A stretch of 64,000 bases of DNA, from assembly GCA_963785725.1 (NCBI GenBank), contig CAWAWS010000014.1, forward strand, positions 64,001-128,000. Reading direction: 5' to 3'. The notes under the pieces are model-generated. The model did not search any database. It worked only from the letters and a program-made list of their open reading frames with translations, and had not been told where the DNA came from. The translations under genes were made by a program, and so were the position numbers. Below are positions 33,957-43,547 of the stretch, in pieces. Within the stretch, counting starts at the first letter, position 1. Every line of letters starts with the position of its first letter. Origin of the DNA: an uncultured delta proteobacterium. GTDB taxonomy: Bacteria > Myxococcota_A > Polyangia > Palsa-1104.

Positions 33957-35735
33957 TTGCGACGTGTGATTCTCATCGCGCTCGGCCTCGTCCTCGTCGG
34001 CCCGGCGCACGCGCAGAGCGAGGACGATCCGAAGTCCTCGATTCAGGAGTGGCCGCCGCGCAAACCGCCGCCGCCGCCGCCCGCGCCGCCGCCGAAGCCG
34101 ACGGCGCCGAGCGCGCCCGCGCCGAGCGCGCCCGCGAATCCCGGCGACATCGCGCCCGCGCCCAACGCGCCGCCGCCCGACGAGCAAACGCCGCGCACGC
34201 CCGACGGCAAAGAGGTCAAGCGGCTGCCGCCGCCCAAGCCGTCGCTGCCGCCGGGCGCGCAGCAGCCGAACATGACCGGCGGCGCGTCGGTGCAGCCGGA
34301 CACGAACGCCGGCACCATCCGCGCCATCGACGTCCCCGCCGGCAAGACGTTCGACCAAGTGGCGCTGCCGCCCGGCACCATCGCCGACGGCAAAGAGGGC
34401 ATGGGCCAACTCGTCGTCGACGTCAAAGTCGTCGACAACACGCGCACCGACAACGAGACCGTGCAGTTCATCGCCGGCGTCAAAGTCGGCATGACGCTGA
34501 CGCCCGAGCTGGTCGAGATCATGCGCGAGCGTTTGAATACCGTAGGCCTATTCAAGAATATCGATATTCATTGGGAAGTATTGCCGACGGGCGGCGTCCG
34601 CATCATCTTGAGCGCGCACGACAAGCTGAGCTGGATCGTGGCGCCGCTGTTCTCGTACTCGACGGGAAACTACGGCGGCGGCCTCGCTTACGCCAACTCC
34701 AACGTCTTCGGCAGGAACAAGAAGTTCCTCGTCCTCGGCGAATATACGACGCAACAGAAACTCTTATTCGTCGCCTTTTTAGACCCGCAGATTCGTAATA
34801 CTCGCTTTTATTATCGCGTCGACGGCTTGGTGCGCCGCGACAGCATCTGGGAATACTCGCCCGAGCACATCGCCAACCCGCGCATCGAGCGCGCCACCGA
34901 CGTCGACACCTTCGGCGCCGCGGCGCTCGCCGGCGTCAACTTCACGCGCCGCTTCAAGATGGATTTGCGGCTCAAGATTTATTACGACAACGTACAAAAA
35001 TCGAGCTGTTACAACACCAGCAACGTCGACGGCTCGGGCACGCCCAACGTCGTCGCCGAGCAGGGCTCGTGCCTCGCGCCGTCGTCCTCGGGCTGGGACA
35101 ACACGTTCACGCTCAGCGCCACCTACGACGGCCGCAGCAACGTCTACGGCGTCTTGCACGGCCTTTTAGTCAACGCGGTTTACCAATATGGCGCCGATTG
35201 GCTGGGCACGCGCTACGACTATCATCTGCTGTCGCTCTACGGCATGTACGCCTGGCGCTTCTTCCACGAGCACAACTTGCTGCTGAAAATGGGCGCCGAC
35301 GTCTTCTTCGACGCGCCCTTCAAGATGGAGGTCGAGACCGGCGGCCCGCTCATGCGCGGCCTCGTCAGCCGCCAATATCGCGGCGACACCGACGTGCGCG
35401 CCACGCTCGAATATTATTTGCCGCTGTTCACGCTGCACGGCCTGTCCGTGCGTCTGCTCGGCTTTTACGACACCAACTTGACCTGGTTCCGCAGCATCCC
35501 CGATCAATCATCGCCGCTAGCGCGCCTCGTCGACCGCGGCAACGGCGGCTTTCGCGACTTTTTGCCGGACACGCCCTCGGGAATCACGCGCGAATCGTGG
35601 CACAACGGCATCGGCGGCGGCATTCGGCTCTATTTGCGCGGCGTCATCCTGCCGCTCCTCGGCGCCGACTTCGCCTATGGCATCGATGGCAACGACTTCC
35701 AATGGTACATTTCGATCGGCTCGACGCTGGACTAG
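33957..35735 (+). CDS. Omp85/BamA-TamA family outer-membrane protein with Pro-rich N-terminus and one POTRA-like domain
   Basis: Signal AHA|Q, RL..VGLFKNI (POTRA), NVFGRNK, MRG..(Y)RGD, GIGGGIRLYL, D.AYG. Confidence 0.8.
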   Translation: MRRVILIALGLVLVGPAHAQSEDDPKSSIQEWPPRKPPPPPPAPPPKPTAPSAPAPSAPANPGDIAPAPNAPPPDEQTPRTPDGKEVKRLPPPKPSLPPGAQQPNMTGGASVQPDTNAGTIRAIDVPAGKTFDQVALPPGTIADGKEGMGQLVVDVKVVDNTRTDNETVQFIAGVKVGMTLTPELVEIMRERLNTVGLFKNIDIHWEVLPTGGVRIILSAHDKLSWIVAPLFSYSTGNYGGGLAYANSNVFGRNKKFLVLGEYTTQQKLLFVAFLDPQIRNTRFYYRVDGLVRRDSIWEYSPEHIANPRIERATDVDTFGAAALAGVNFTRRFKMDLRLKIYYDNVQKSSCYNTSNVDGSGTPNVVAEQGSCLAPSSSGWDNTFTLSATYDGRSNVYGVLHGLLVNAVYQYGADWLGTRYDYHLLSLYGMYAWRFFHEHNLLLKMGADVFFDAPFKMEVETGGPLMRGLVSRQYRGDTDVRATLEYYLPLFTLHGLSVRLLGFYDTNLTWFRSIPDQSSPLARLVDRGNGGFRDFLPDTPSGITRESWHNGIGGGIRLYLRGVILPLLGADFAYGIDGNDFQWYISIGSTLD

Positions 35736-35768
35736 GGTCGCGTCGCACCCTATGATTCTTCGCTCGGT

Positions 35769-37844
35769 ATGCGGTTCTGCCCCTTTTGCGCACAAGAAAA
35801 CCCCGACGATGCGCGCGAATGCGTGCATTGCGGCAAGCGTCTGCCGGCGTCACGCCAGGTCACGAAGCCGCCGGTAGCGGCTAAACCGGGCCCGCCGCCG
35901 CCGCGTCCGGCGCCGCCGCGTCCCGGTCCGCGCGCCGTGACGACCGCGCCGCCGCCGCCGTCACGTGCGCCCGAAGCCTTCGCCGCGACCGTTCCGCCGA
36001 ACACGCTGCCGGCGCTGAAAGATCGGCCGGCGAGCAACGGCCCGCCGCTCAAGTCCTCGCCCGTCGACGCGACGTTGAAGCCGCTGGCCGAGGTCAAGCC
36101 GTCGTCGCTCATGCCGAAGCGGCCCATCGGCGACAGCGAGATGGTGACGGTGACGCGCCCGCCGACGAGCGCGCCGACGGGCACGCTGCTCGGCTTGCCG
36201 GCGCAGGAGATGCCGAGCGCGCTGGTGCCGGCGTCGCCGTCGTCGCGTGACAGCGGCCGGCGCACGACGCAGCCGCAGTCGCTGAAGCTGCCGGGCGGCA
36301 CGCCGGCGCGGCCGCTGCCCAGCTTCGAAGACGACGACGGCGCCACCGAAGTGCACGGCAACGCGCCCGAGCCGCTCGACGATTTGCCGACCGGTCCGAC
36401 GTCGCGCGCCGACGCCCTCGACGACGCCGAGACCAATGCGCGCCCGTCGCCGCCGCGGCGGCCGCAGGATTCGCTGGCGACGCCGGCCAAAGGCCTGCCG
36501 GTGCCGCGACCGCGCAACAACACGCCGCCGCCGATGCCGCCGCCGTCGCCGCAAAAGAGCGGCGCGCGCTCGACGGTGCCGATGCCGTCGACGCGCGAGC
36601 CGGCGCCGCTGCCGCCGCCGCCGGCGGTGCCGCCGCTCGTGCCGAGCTCGCCCTCGTCGCTGATTCAGACGTTGGAGCGGCCGCTGCCGCCGGAAGAGCG
36701 GCCGGGACATCGCGTCAGCAACGACGCCGGCTCGTTCCCGCAGCTCGATCCCGGGCCGACGCCGGCGATTCCGACGCTGGCGCTGCCGCCGATGCCGGAG
36801 CATCCGAGCACGGGGTCGATCATCGACGCCGTGAAGTATCTGCTGCCGCTGGCGAAGGCGATCTGGGCGCGCAAGAAGGCGCAGGATTCGATTCGCGCGC
36901 TGCTGCACGGCGATCAGCGCCTCCTCGACAGCGTCTTGCGCGACTTGGGCCGCGTGGCGCGCGAAGAGGAGCTGCCGGTGCCGGCGCTCGCCGACGAGAT
37001 GCGCCGCGTGCAAGAGCAGGAGGCGCGCCGCGCCAACGCCGAGCGCGAAGCGACCGACGCCGAGACCGCGACGCAGCGCGAGGAAGACCGCTGGCGCATC
37101 GATTTGGGTGAGCGCAACGCCGATCTCGGCCGTCGCGAAGCCGAGCTCAAGGCCACCGACGAAGAGCTGCGGCTCAAGGCGGAAGAGCGGCGCTTGCACG
37201 AGGCCGAGCGCACGCGCATCGAAGCCGAGATTCGCGCCGCCGAGAAGCGCATCAGCGCCGCCGAAGCCAAAGCGGTGAAAGCCGAAGCGACGCCGCCGGA
37301 AAAGGGTGGCGGCGCCAACACGGCGGCGAACATTCGCACCGAAGCGGCCGCGGCCAAGCAGGAGGCGGCGAAGCTGGCGCCGTCACGCGACAACGCGCGC
37401 GCCGCGGCCGAAGCGCTCGACGGGCCGATCGCGCTCTTGACCGAGAAGCTGACCGACGCGCGGGCGACGCTGGCGCAGAAGAAGAAAGAGACGACCGAAG
37501 CGACGAGCACGCACGAGCAGACGCTGCAGGACTTGCAGGTCAAGCGCGAGCGCGCCATCGCCGAGCGCGACTCGGCCGAGCGCGAGCTGACGCAGCGCTT
37601 CGTCACGGCGGGGACGATCTTGAACCTCAATCGCGTCGACCATCCGAAGCTGGCGCCGCTGTTCGCGCGCGTCGACGAGCTCAAGGGCGCGGTCAACGCG
37701 CGCGAAGCGGCGATCGTGCGCCTCGAGGCCGAGCGGCGCGTCTACGATCGCGGCGCCGTGCAAAAAGGCCTGATGACGGTCGGCATCGCCGCCGGCGCGC
37801 TCATCATCCTCGCCATCATCTTGATCATCGTGTTCGCGCGGTAA
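35769..37844 (+). CDS. Zinc-ribbon / Pro-rich / coiled-coil protein with C-terminal TM anchor
   Basis: FCPFCAQENPDDARECVHCG, long Pro-rich linker, E/A/R/K-rich coiled coil, terminal IAAGALIILAIILIIVFAR. Confidence 0.8.
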   Translation: MRFCPFCAQENPDDARECVHCGKRLPASRQVTKPPVAAKPGPPPPRPAPPRPGPRAVTTAPPPPSRAPEAFAATVPPNTLPALKDRPASNGPPLKSSPVDATLKPLAEVKPSSLMPKRPIGDSEMVTVTRPPTSAPTGTLLGLPAQEMPSALVPASPSSRDSGRRTTQPQSLKLPGGTPARPLPSFEDDDGATEVHGNAPEPLDDLPTGPTSRADALDDAETNARPSPPRRPQDSLATPAKGLPVPRPRNNTPPPMPPPSPQKSGARSTVPMPSTREPAPLPPPPAVPPLVPSSPSSLIQTLERPLPPEERPGHRVSNDAGSFPQLDPGPTPAIPTLALPPMPEHPSTGSIIDAVKYLLPLAKAIWARKKAQDSIRALLHGDQRLLDSVLRDLGRVAREEELPVPALADEMRRVQEQEARRANAEREATDAETATQREEDRWRIDLGERNADLGRREAELKATDEELRLKAEERRLHEAERTRIEAEIRAAEKRISAAEAKAVKAEATPPEKGGGANTAANIRTEAAAAKQEAAKLAPSRDNARAAAEALDGPIALLTEKLTDARATLAQKKKETTEATSTHEQTLQDLQVKRERAIAERDSAERELTQRFVTAGTILNLNRVDHPKLAPLFARVDELKGAVNAREAAIVRLEAERRVYDRGAVQKGLMTVGIAAGALIILAIILIIVFAR

Positions 37845-37893
37845 TCGAGCCGCGTGAGCCGTCGTGAGCCCGCGCGGCAGGTTTGCCGACGGC

Positions 37894-38724
37894 TCAGCCG
37901 GTCGCCCGCTGGTTGTCGCGGTCCTTCTTGATGCGCTGAATGTCCGCCGCCGTCTCCTCGACCGCCTTGCCCGTGATGTCGATGACCGGCCACGACGGAT
38001 GCTGCCGAAACACCGACTGCGCGTACGCGATCTCCTGCGCGATGTGATCGCGCGTGCCGTACGACGTATCGGGCGGCATCCCCAGATGCTTCAGCCGCGC
38101 CTGCCGAATCTGCAGCAGCGACTCGCCTTTGATCGTCAGCCCGAAGATGCGCTCCTGATCGATCTCGAACAGCTCGTGCGGCGGCTCGATGCCGAGCACC
38201 AGCGGCACATTGGCGACTTTCAGCCCCTTTTGCGCCAAGAACGTCGAGAGCGGCGTCTTCGACGTGCGCGAAATGCCGACGAGCACGAGGTCGGCCTTCG
38301 GCAGGTTGCGCGGCTCGCGGCCGTCGTCGTTGCGCACGGTGAACTCGACCGCTTCGATGCGGCGGAAATATTCGTCGCCGATCGTATGCAAGAGGCCGGG
38401 GACGCCCTTCGGCTGCGACCCGAGATACGACGACAGCTTCGCCATCAACGTGCCGATGAGGTCGACGGCGTCGACGTTCTCCTCGTCGCACAGCCGGCGC
38501 AGGATCTCGCGATGCGCCGTCGAGACCACCGTAAACACGACCAGCGCCTGCATCTGCTTGGCGCGGTTGACGATGCTGCGCATCTCCGCTTCCAGCCGCA
38601 CGCGCGTGTACATCCGCAGCTGCACCGGCACGTTCGTGAACTGCAAGAGCGCCGCGCGCACGACCTTCTCCGCGGTCTCGCCCGTGGCATCCGAGATGAC
38701 GAAGATGAGGCGCGGCTCGGTCAT
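37894..38724 (-). CDS. ppsR: PEP synthase / PPDK regulatory protein (DUF299 kinase-pyrophosphorylase)
   Basis: ISDATGETA, YFRRIEAVEFTV..DDG, GISRTSKTPLS, KVANVPLV, KAVEETA. Confidence 0.92.
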   Translation of the reverse strand: MTEPRLIFVISDATGETAEKVVRAALLQFTNVPVQLRMYTRVRLEAEMRSIVNRAKQMQALVVFTVVSTAHREILRRLCDEENVDAVDLIGTLMAKLSSYLGSQPKGVPGLLHTIGDEYFRRIEAVEFTVRNDDGREPRNLPKADLVLVGISRTSKTPLSTFLAQKGLKVANVPLVLGIEPPHELFEIDQERIFGLTIKGESLLQIRQARLKHLGMPPDTSYGTRDHIAQEIAYAQSVFRQHPSWPVIDITGKAVEETAADIQRIKKDRDNQRATG

Positions 38725-38766
38725 CGGCTCGCGTTGATGCTAGCATGTCGCCCAGTGAGGCCAGGC

Positions 38767-40227
38767 ATGAAGATGCGCAATCCCCTGTTCGTCGGCCTAT
38801 TCCTCGCGAGCACGACGTTCGCGGGCTGTGGTGGCGACAAGAAGCAAGCAGTGGTGCCGGCAGACATGGCGTTGGCGCGCTCGACGCTGACCGCCGATCA
38901 AGCAGCGGCCCAGCGCGCCAGCTGTACCTTCACGGCCGGCACCGGACCGGGCCTGTCGATCGCGCAAGACGCGCCGCTCGGCAATCAGATCCCGATCGAC
39001 ACCGTCGTCATCGTGATGATGGAGAACCGCTCGTTCGATCATTTGCTGCAGGCGCTGCCGGCCTTCGGTCAGCCCGACGCCGACGTCGCGCCCGCCGACG
39101 CCAGCAACAAAGACAGCGACGGCAGCGTCGTCAACACGTTCCACCTGACGCCGTACTGCTTCGACGATCCCAACCACGGCTGGAAAGAGGTCCACGGCGA
39201 GTGGGACAACGGCGCCATGGACGGCTTCGTCATCTACAACAATTACAACGGCACGCCCGACATTCCCGCCGACGGCAAGCGCGCCATGGGCTACTACACC
39301 GACGCCGATCTGCCGTGGCTCTACAGCGTCGCCAACACGTTCGCGCTCGCCGATCGCAACTTCTCGTCGCTGCTCGGCCCGACGTTCCCCAACCGCGAAT
39401 ACTTGTACGCGGCCACGTCGTTCGGCCACACCGGCAACGCCGTCTTCACCAACGACGAGCCGACGATCATGCAGGCCATGAACAACGCCAACGTCGACTG
39501 GCGCGAGTACGCCACGTCGCTGCCCGGGCTCGAGATCTTCGCCGCCACCTACATCGCCAACATCGACGCGCACCAGTTCCCGATCACGCAGTTCTACACC
39601 GACGCCGCCGCCGGCACGTTGGGTCAGGTCAACTTCGTCGATCCCGACCTCTATTCGAACAACTTCGGCGAGCGTAACGACTTCCATCCGCCGGGCGACA
39701 TTCAAGGCGGCCAAGCGTTCATGCACGACGTCGTCGACGCGATGCTGAAGTCGCCGCAGTGGGCGCACTCGGCGGTCATCCTCACGTTCGACGAGCACGG
39801 CGGCATCTACGATCACGTGCCGCCGCCGCCGGCGTGCGCGCCCGACGACATCCCGGCGCAGCTGAGCCCGGGCGATCCGGCGGGCGACTTCAAGACCTAC
39901 GGCGTGCGCGTGCCGATGATCGTCGTGTCGCCTTACGCCAAGCCGCACTTCGTGTCGCATACGGTGTTCGATCACACGTCGATCTTGCGCTTCATCGAGA
40001 CGCGCTTCGGCATCCCGGCCTTGACCGCGCGCGACGCCAACGCCGATCCGCTGAGCGACATGTTCGACTTCACGACCGCCGCCTTCGCGACGCCGCCCTC
40101 TTTGCCCGCGGCGCCGATCGATCCGACGAAGCTGGCCGACTGCTTGGCGCTCTATCCCGAAGACGGCGGCACCGACGCCGGCGTGGCCAGCGACGGCGGC
40201 AGCGGCAACCCCGACGGCGGCATCTGA
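38767..40227 (+). CDS. Phosphoesterase / phospholipase C family lipoprotein
   Basis: Lipobox FAGC, MMENRSFDH, GPTFPNR, DFHPP, TFDEHGG.YDHV.PP, G.RVP.IVVSP, DHTSILRFIE. Confidence 0.9.
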   Translation: MKMRNPLFVGLFLASTTFAGCGGDKKQAVVPADMALARSTLTADQAAAQRASCTFTAGTGPGLSIAQDAPLGNQIPIDTVVIVMMENRSFDHLLQALPAFGQPDADVAPADASNKDSDGSVVNTFHLTPYCFDDPNHGWKEVHGEWDNGAMDGFVIYNNYNGTPDIPADGKRAMGYYTDADLPWLYSVANTFALADRNFSSLLGPTFPNREYLYAATSFGHTGNAVFTNDEPTIMQAMNNANVDWREYATSLPGLEIFAATYIANIDAHQFPITQFYTDAAAGTLGQVNFVDPDLYSNNFGERNDFHPPGDIQGGQAFMHDVVDAMLKSPQWAHSAVILTFDEHGGIYDHVPPPPACAPDDIPAQLSPGDPAGDFKTYGVRVPMIVVSPYAKPHFVSHTVFDHTSILRFIETRFGIPALTARDANADPLSDMFDFTTAAFATPPSLPAAPIDPTKLADCLALYPEDGGTDAGVASDGGSGNPDGGI

Positions 40228-40272
40228 CCCGCTTGCGCCGCCTGCCAAATGGTGGCGCGTTCGATCCGCGGC

Positions 40273-41517
40273 TTACGCGATGACGGGCAAGCGCAGCGCC
40301 GGCTTCGGCGTCGGATGGGCCGCGCGATAGTCGATGACGCGCGGGCACTCCGGATCGGGCGCCGCCGCGTCGCCGCTGACGTGCAGGCTGACGACGCGAC
40401 AGCCGCCGCGGCACAGCGACAAATAATCGCACGAGCGGCACGGCTCGACCGCCGCTTCGCGCCAACGCCGGAACGGCCCGAACGCGTCGTCGCTCGCCCA
40501 GTAGTCGCCGATGGCGTCGACGCGCGCCGCGACGGGCGGCGCGAAGCTGCACGCGGTCAGCATGCCCGACGCTTTGGCGCCGACGAGCAGATCGCCGCCG
40601 GCGCAGCCGTAAATGGCGAGCCACTGCATCAGCTTGGGCGCGATCTTGTGATGCGTGACCATCGGCGTGTACGAGCAATCGAGCCGCACGCGCAGCCGAT
40701 GGCGCCGCGCCAGGCCGAGTATCAGCGGCACGAGCGCGCGATGTTGCTCGTCGCTGCAGCGCAGTTCGTCGTAGGTCTTGACGCCGCGCCCCGACGGCTT
40801 GAAGCGCAAGAGCTCGATCTCGCGCAGCCGCCGCTGCTTGGCGTAGGCGAACACCTCGGCGAGGCCGGCGAAGCTGCGGCGCGTGATGACGCAGTTGATG
40901 CCGACGTGCTTGGTGACCTTGCGCAGCGCGACGACGGCGCGATCGGCGCGGTCGAAGCCGTCGAAGCCGCGCACCGCCGCGTAATCGGCGCCGACGCCGT
41001 CGATGGACACGTTGATCTGCCCGAATTCGCCGGCGAAGCTGCACAGCCGCGCCAACTCCTCGTCGCCGTAGAGGCCGGACGTCGTCAAGTTGGGGACGAG
41101 CCCGCGTTGTCGCGCGTAGCCGACGATCTCGCCGAGCCACGGCAACAGCGCCGATTCGCCGCCGCCGAGCGCGAGATGGAAGACGCCGCGCGCGGCCAAG
41201 GCGTCGATGGCGCGCATCCAGTCGTCGCGGCCCCATTCGCCGGCGGCGCCCGTCGGCGTCGCGCCGGTGTAGCAGCCTTGGCAGCCGGCGTCGCAGCGGT
41301 TCGTCAGCTGCAAATGCGCCTCGAGCGGACCGGACAGCGGCGGCTCGTTCCAGCCGGCGTCGTCGGCAGCATCGGGCGCGTCCCAGAGCGGGCTTTGCGT
41401 GTGGCCGAGCCGGCGGGCGCGCGCACGGTCGACGAACACCAGCGCCCGCGGCCGCGTCAAATGCACGATGCCGCCGAAACGCTCGTATCGAAAGCTGCGC
41501 GGACGCCACGTCGCCAT
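40273..41517 (-). CDS. Radical SAM / SPASM-domain protein
   Basis: CDAGCQGCY (CxxxCxxC), GGGE, SIDG, SPASM GC.GG...C...CRSC....CRGGC...DPEC. Confidence 0.9.
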   Translation of the reverse strand: MATWRPRSFRYERFGGIVHLTRPRALVFVDRARARRLGHTQSPLWDAPDAADDAGWNEPPLSGPLEAHLQLTNRCDAGCQGCYTGATPTGAAGEWGRDDWMRAIDALAARGVFHLALGGGESALLPWLGEIVGYARQRGLVPNLTTSGLYGDEELARLCSFAGEFGQINVSIDGVGADYAAVRGFDGFDRADRAVVALRKVTKHVGINCVITRRSFAGLAEVFAYAKQRRLREIELLRFKPSGRGVKTYDELRCSDEQHRALVPLILGLARRHRLRVRLDCSYTPMVTHHKIAPKLMQWLAIYGCAGGDLLVGAKASGMLTACSFAPPVAARVDAIGDYWASDDAFGPFRRWREAAVEPCRSCDYLSLCRGGCRVVSLHVSGDAAAPDPECPRVIDYRAAHPTPKPALRLPVIA

Positions 41518-41544
41518 GTGCCGGAAGATAGTAGCATTCGGGAG

Positions 41545-42105
41545 GTGACGAGCGACGACGCCAAGCGGCTGATCGTGCAGCGACGCATCGTGTTCGCGCT
41601 GGTGGCGCTGGCGTTGGCGCTGCTGCTGCTGGTTTTATGGCGCCGTTCGTCACCGCCGCCGCGGGTCGCGATCGCCGGCGAGCGCACGGCCGGCCTCCGC
41701 GTGGCCTGCCGCGGCGACGGCAAGCGCTGCTCGCTCGCCGCCGCGCTGCAGCTGTTCGTCAGCAACGGCGGCCGCTTTCGCCATGTCTTCGCCGTTGGCC
41801 TCGACGATCGGGCGACGATCCATTGGTACTTGCCGCATCCGCCCGATGTCGTCAGCGCGGTGGCGCCGCTCGGCGACGATCGGCCGCTGGGCGCGCCCAT
41901 CCCGTTCGCACCCGAGCATGTGACCGGCAAATTGCGCGTCTATGCGCTCTTTTCGGACGCGCCCGTCTCGGCGCAGGAGGTGACGGCGGCGACGGCGGAG
42001 CTGAAGCTGCAGCAGCGCCCGTGGTCCTTGGCGCAGCTGGAGACGCTGCCGATCGCGCGCACCGACGTGCTGCAAGCGAGCGCGCTCGTCGATATCGTGC
42101 CGTAG
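41545..42105 (+). CDS. Membrane-anchored hypothetical protein (DUF4384-like)
   Basis: TM FALVALALALLLLVLW, then IHWYLP...G.LRVYALFS.APV pattern. Start GTG 41545. Confidence 0.6.
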   Translation: MTSDDAKRLIVQRRIVFALVALALALLLLVLWRRSSPPPRVAIAGERTAGLRVACRGDGKRCSLAAALQLFVSNGGRFRHVFAVGLDDRATIHWYLPHPPDVVSAVAPLGDDRPLGAPIPFAPEHVTGKLRVYALFSDAPVSAQEVTAATAELKLQQRPWSLAQLETLPIARTDVLQASALVDIVP

Positions 42106-43545
42106 TCAGCGGAGCGCGACGGTCGTGCGGTGCCAGTCCGGCGTCGCCCAGCGGCGAAAGCTGACGAAGTTGTCGAGGTGCGCCGCCTGCTTCTCGACGA
42201 CGAGATCGTCGGCGCGCAAGATCTGGAAGCTGCGCGAAATCCACGGCGCCAGCGTGTTCGGCTGACCGAGCGGACCGGTCATGCGCGCCTCGCGGGCGAC
42301 GAGCAGCCGCGTGCCGTCGGGCGACCAGCCGGCGGCTTCGACGTAGCCGAGCTCGGGATCGACCGCCGCCGGCGCCAGCGGACGCGCCGACCAGCCGCTG
42401 CCGCCGCGGCGAATGAGCACGAGCTCGGTCCAGCCCGGCAGCGGCGACTGCGCGATCGTCAGCCCATCGCCGCGCGGCGACAGCTTCAGCGACGCCGGCC
42501 ACACGACGGCGTAGGTGCAATGCGCGAACAGGACGCGTCCCGCCTGCGCCACTTGCACGCAGGTTTCGCCCGGTTTGCCGGCGACGAAATTGACCGCCAG
42601 CGCCTTCATCGCCGTCGCCGCCGGGCGCGCCTCGGCCGCCGCGCGCACCGAGCCGACGCGCACCGCCGCTTCGTCGAACGCGAGCGCGTCGTCATCGGCC
42701 AGCTCGACCTTGTCGACGAGCGCGAGCTCGTGCGCGGCCGCCGCCGCTGCGGTCGCCGCGCCTTTGTCGTCGGACTTGCGGGCGCGCGCATAGGCCAGCT
42801 CCGCCTGCACCGACGCGCGTCGAATGCGCAGCTTGTCGACGAGCCACGCCGCCAGCGCCGGCGCCGCCGGATCGGCCTTGTCGAGCACGTCCGCCTGCCA
42901 CGCGACGAGCGACTCGCGCGTGTTCGCCTGCAGCGCCGGATCGACGCACGCCGGATCGGTCAGGCCGAGCGCCGCGCGCGCTCTGGCCGCCGGCGGCGAC
43001 GGCAGCGCCAGCACCCGCCGAAAGGCCTCGCCGTCGTAGCAGACGCGCGTGCGCCCGCCCTCAGCGAACGACGCGAATTTGACGCCGTAGCTGCCCGCGA
43101 CGTCGAGCTGCGCCGCCAGCGTCGCGTCGTTGGGCCGTGCCCAGCGCGACGACGCGCGCCGGCCCAGCCGCTCGGCCATGACGCCGAGCGCGTCGAAGAG
43201 CTCGCCGCCGACCGCGTTCGCCGGCGCCGCGCGTAAGAACAGCGCCGCATAGCCGATGCCGAGCGCCTCTTGTCCCGGCGTATCGCGCACGAAATCGATG
43301 ACCGCCGCCAGATCGCGCGCGCTCGACTCGGCCACGGCATAGCTGCGCACCTGCGCCGGCCGCACGTAACCGGGCCGCTCGTGACGATGATCGTAGACCT
43401 GCAGCCAACCTTGACGCTCGCCGCGCACTTCCAGCCAATCGCCGGCAAAGAGCTGCGTCTGCCGCGCCGCCGTCTCGCGCGCATCGCTGCGCAGCGGCGT
43501 CGCGTCCTGCGTCACCAAAGCCACGACGAGCGCCAAGGTCAGCAT
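42106..43545 (-). CDS. Exported hypothetical protein with SH3-like N-terminus
   Basis: ALVTQD..PLR...GDWLEVRGER.GWLQVYD...ERPGYV; C-terminal AGWSPDG. Confidence 0.7.
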   Translation of the reverse strand: MLTLALVVALVTQDATPLRSDARETAARQTQLFAGDWLEVRGERQGWLQVYDHRHERPGYVRPAQVRSYAVAESSARDLAAVIDFVRDTPGQEALGIGYAALFLRAAPANAVGGELFDALGVMAERLGRRASSRWARPNDATLAAQLDVAGSYGVKFASFAEGGRTRVCYDGEAFRRVLALPSPPAARARAALGLTDPACVDPALQANTRESLVAWQADVLDKADPAAPALAAWLVDKLRIRRASVQAELAYARARKSDDKGAATAAAAAAHELALVDKVELADDDALAFDEAAVRVGSVRAAAEARPAATAMKALAVNFVAGKPGETCVQVAQAGRVLFAHCTYAVVWPASLKLSPRGDGLTIAQSPLPGWTELVLIRRGGSGWSARPLAPAAVDPELGYVEAAGWSPDGTRLLVAREARMTGPLGQPNTLAPWISRSFQILRADDLVVEKQAAHLDNFVSFRRWATPDWHRTTVALR

Positions 43546-43547
43546 CG

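Noticed and set aside
40150..40272. DGG/DAG repeats at the phosphoesterase C-terminus as a RiPP precursor for the radical SAM enzyme
   Set aside because: They are part of the lipoprotein's low-complexity tail on the opposite strand, not a separate ORF.
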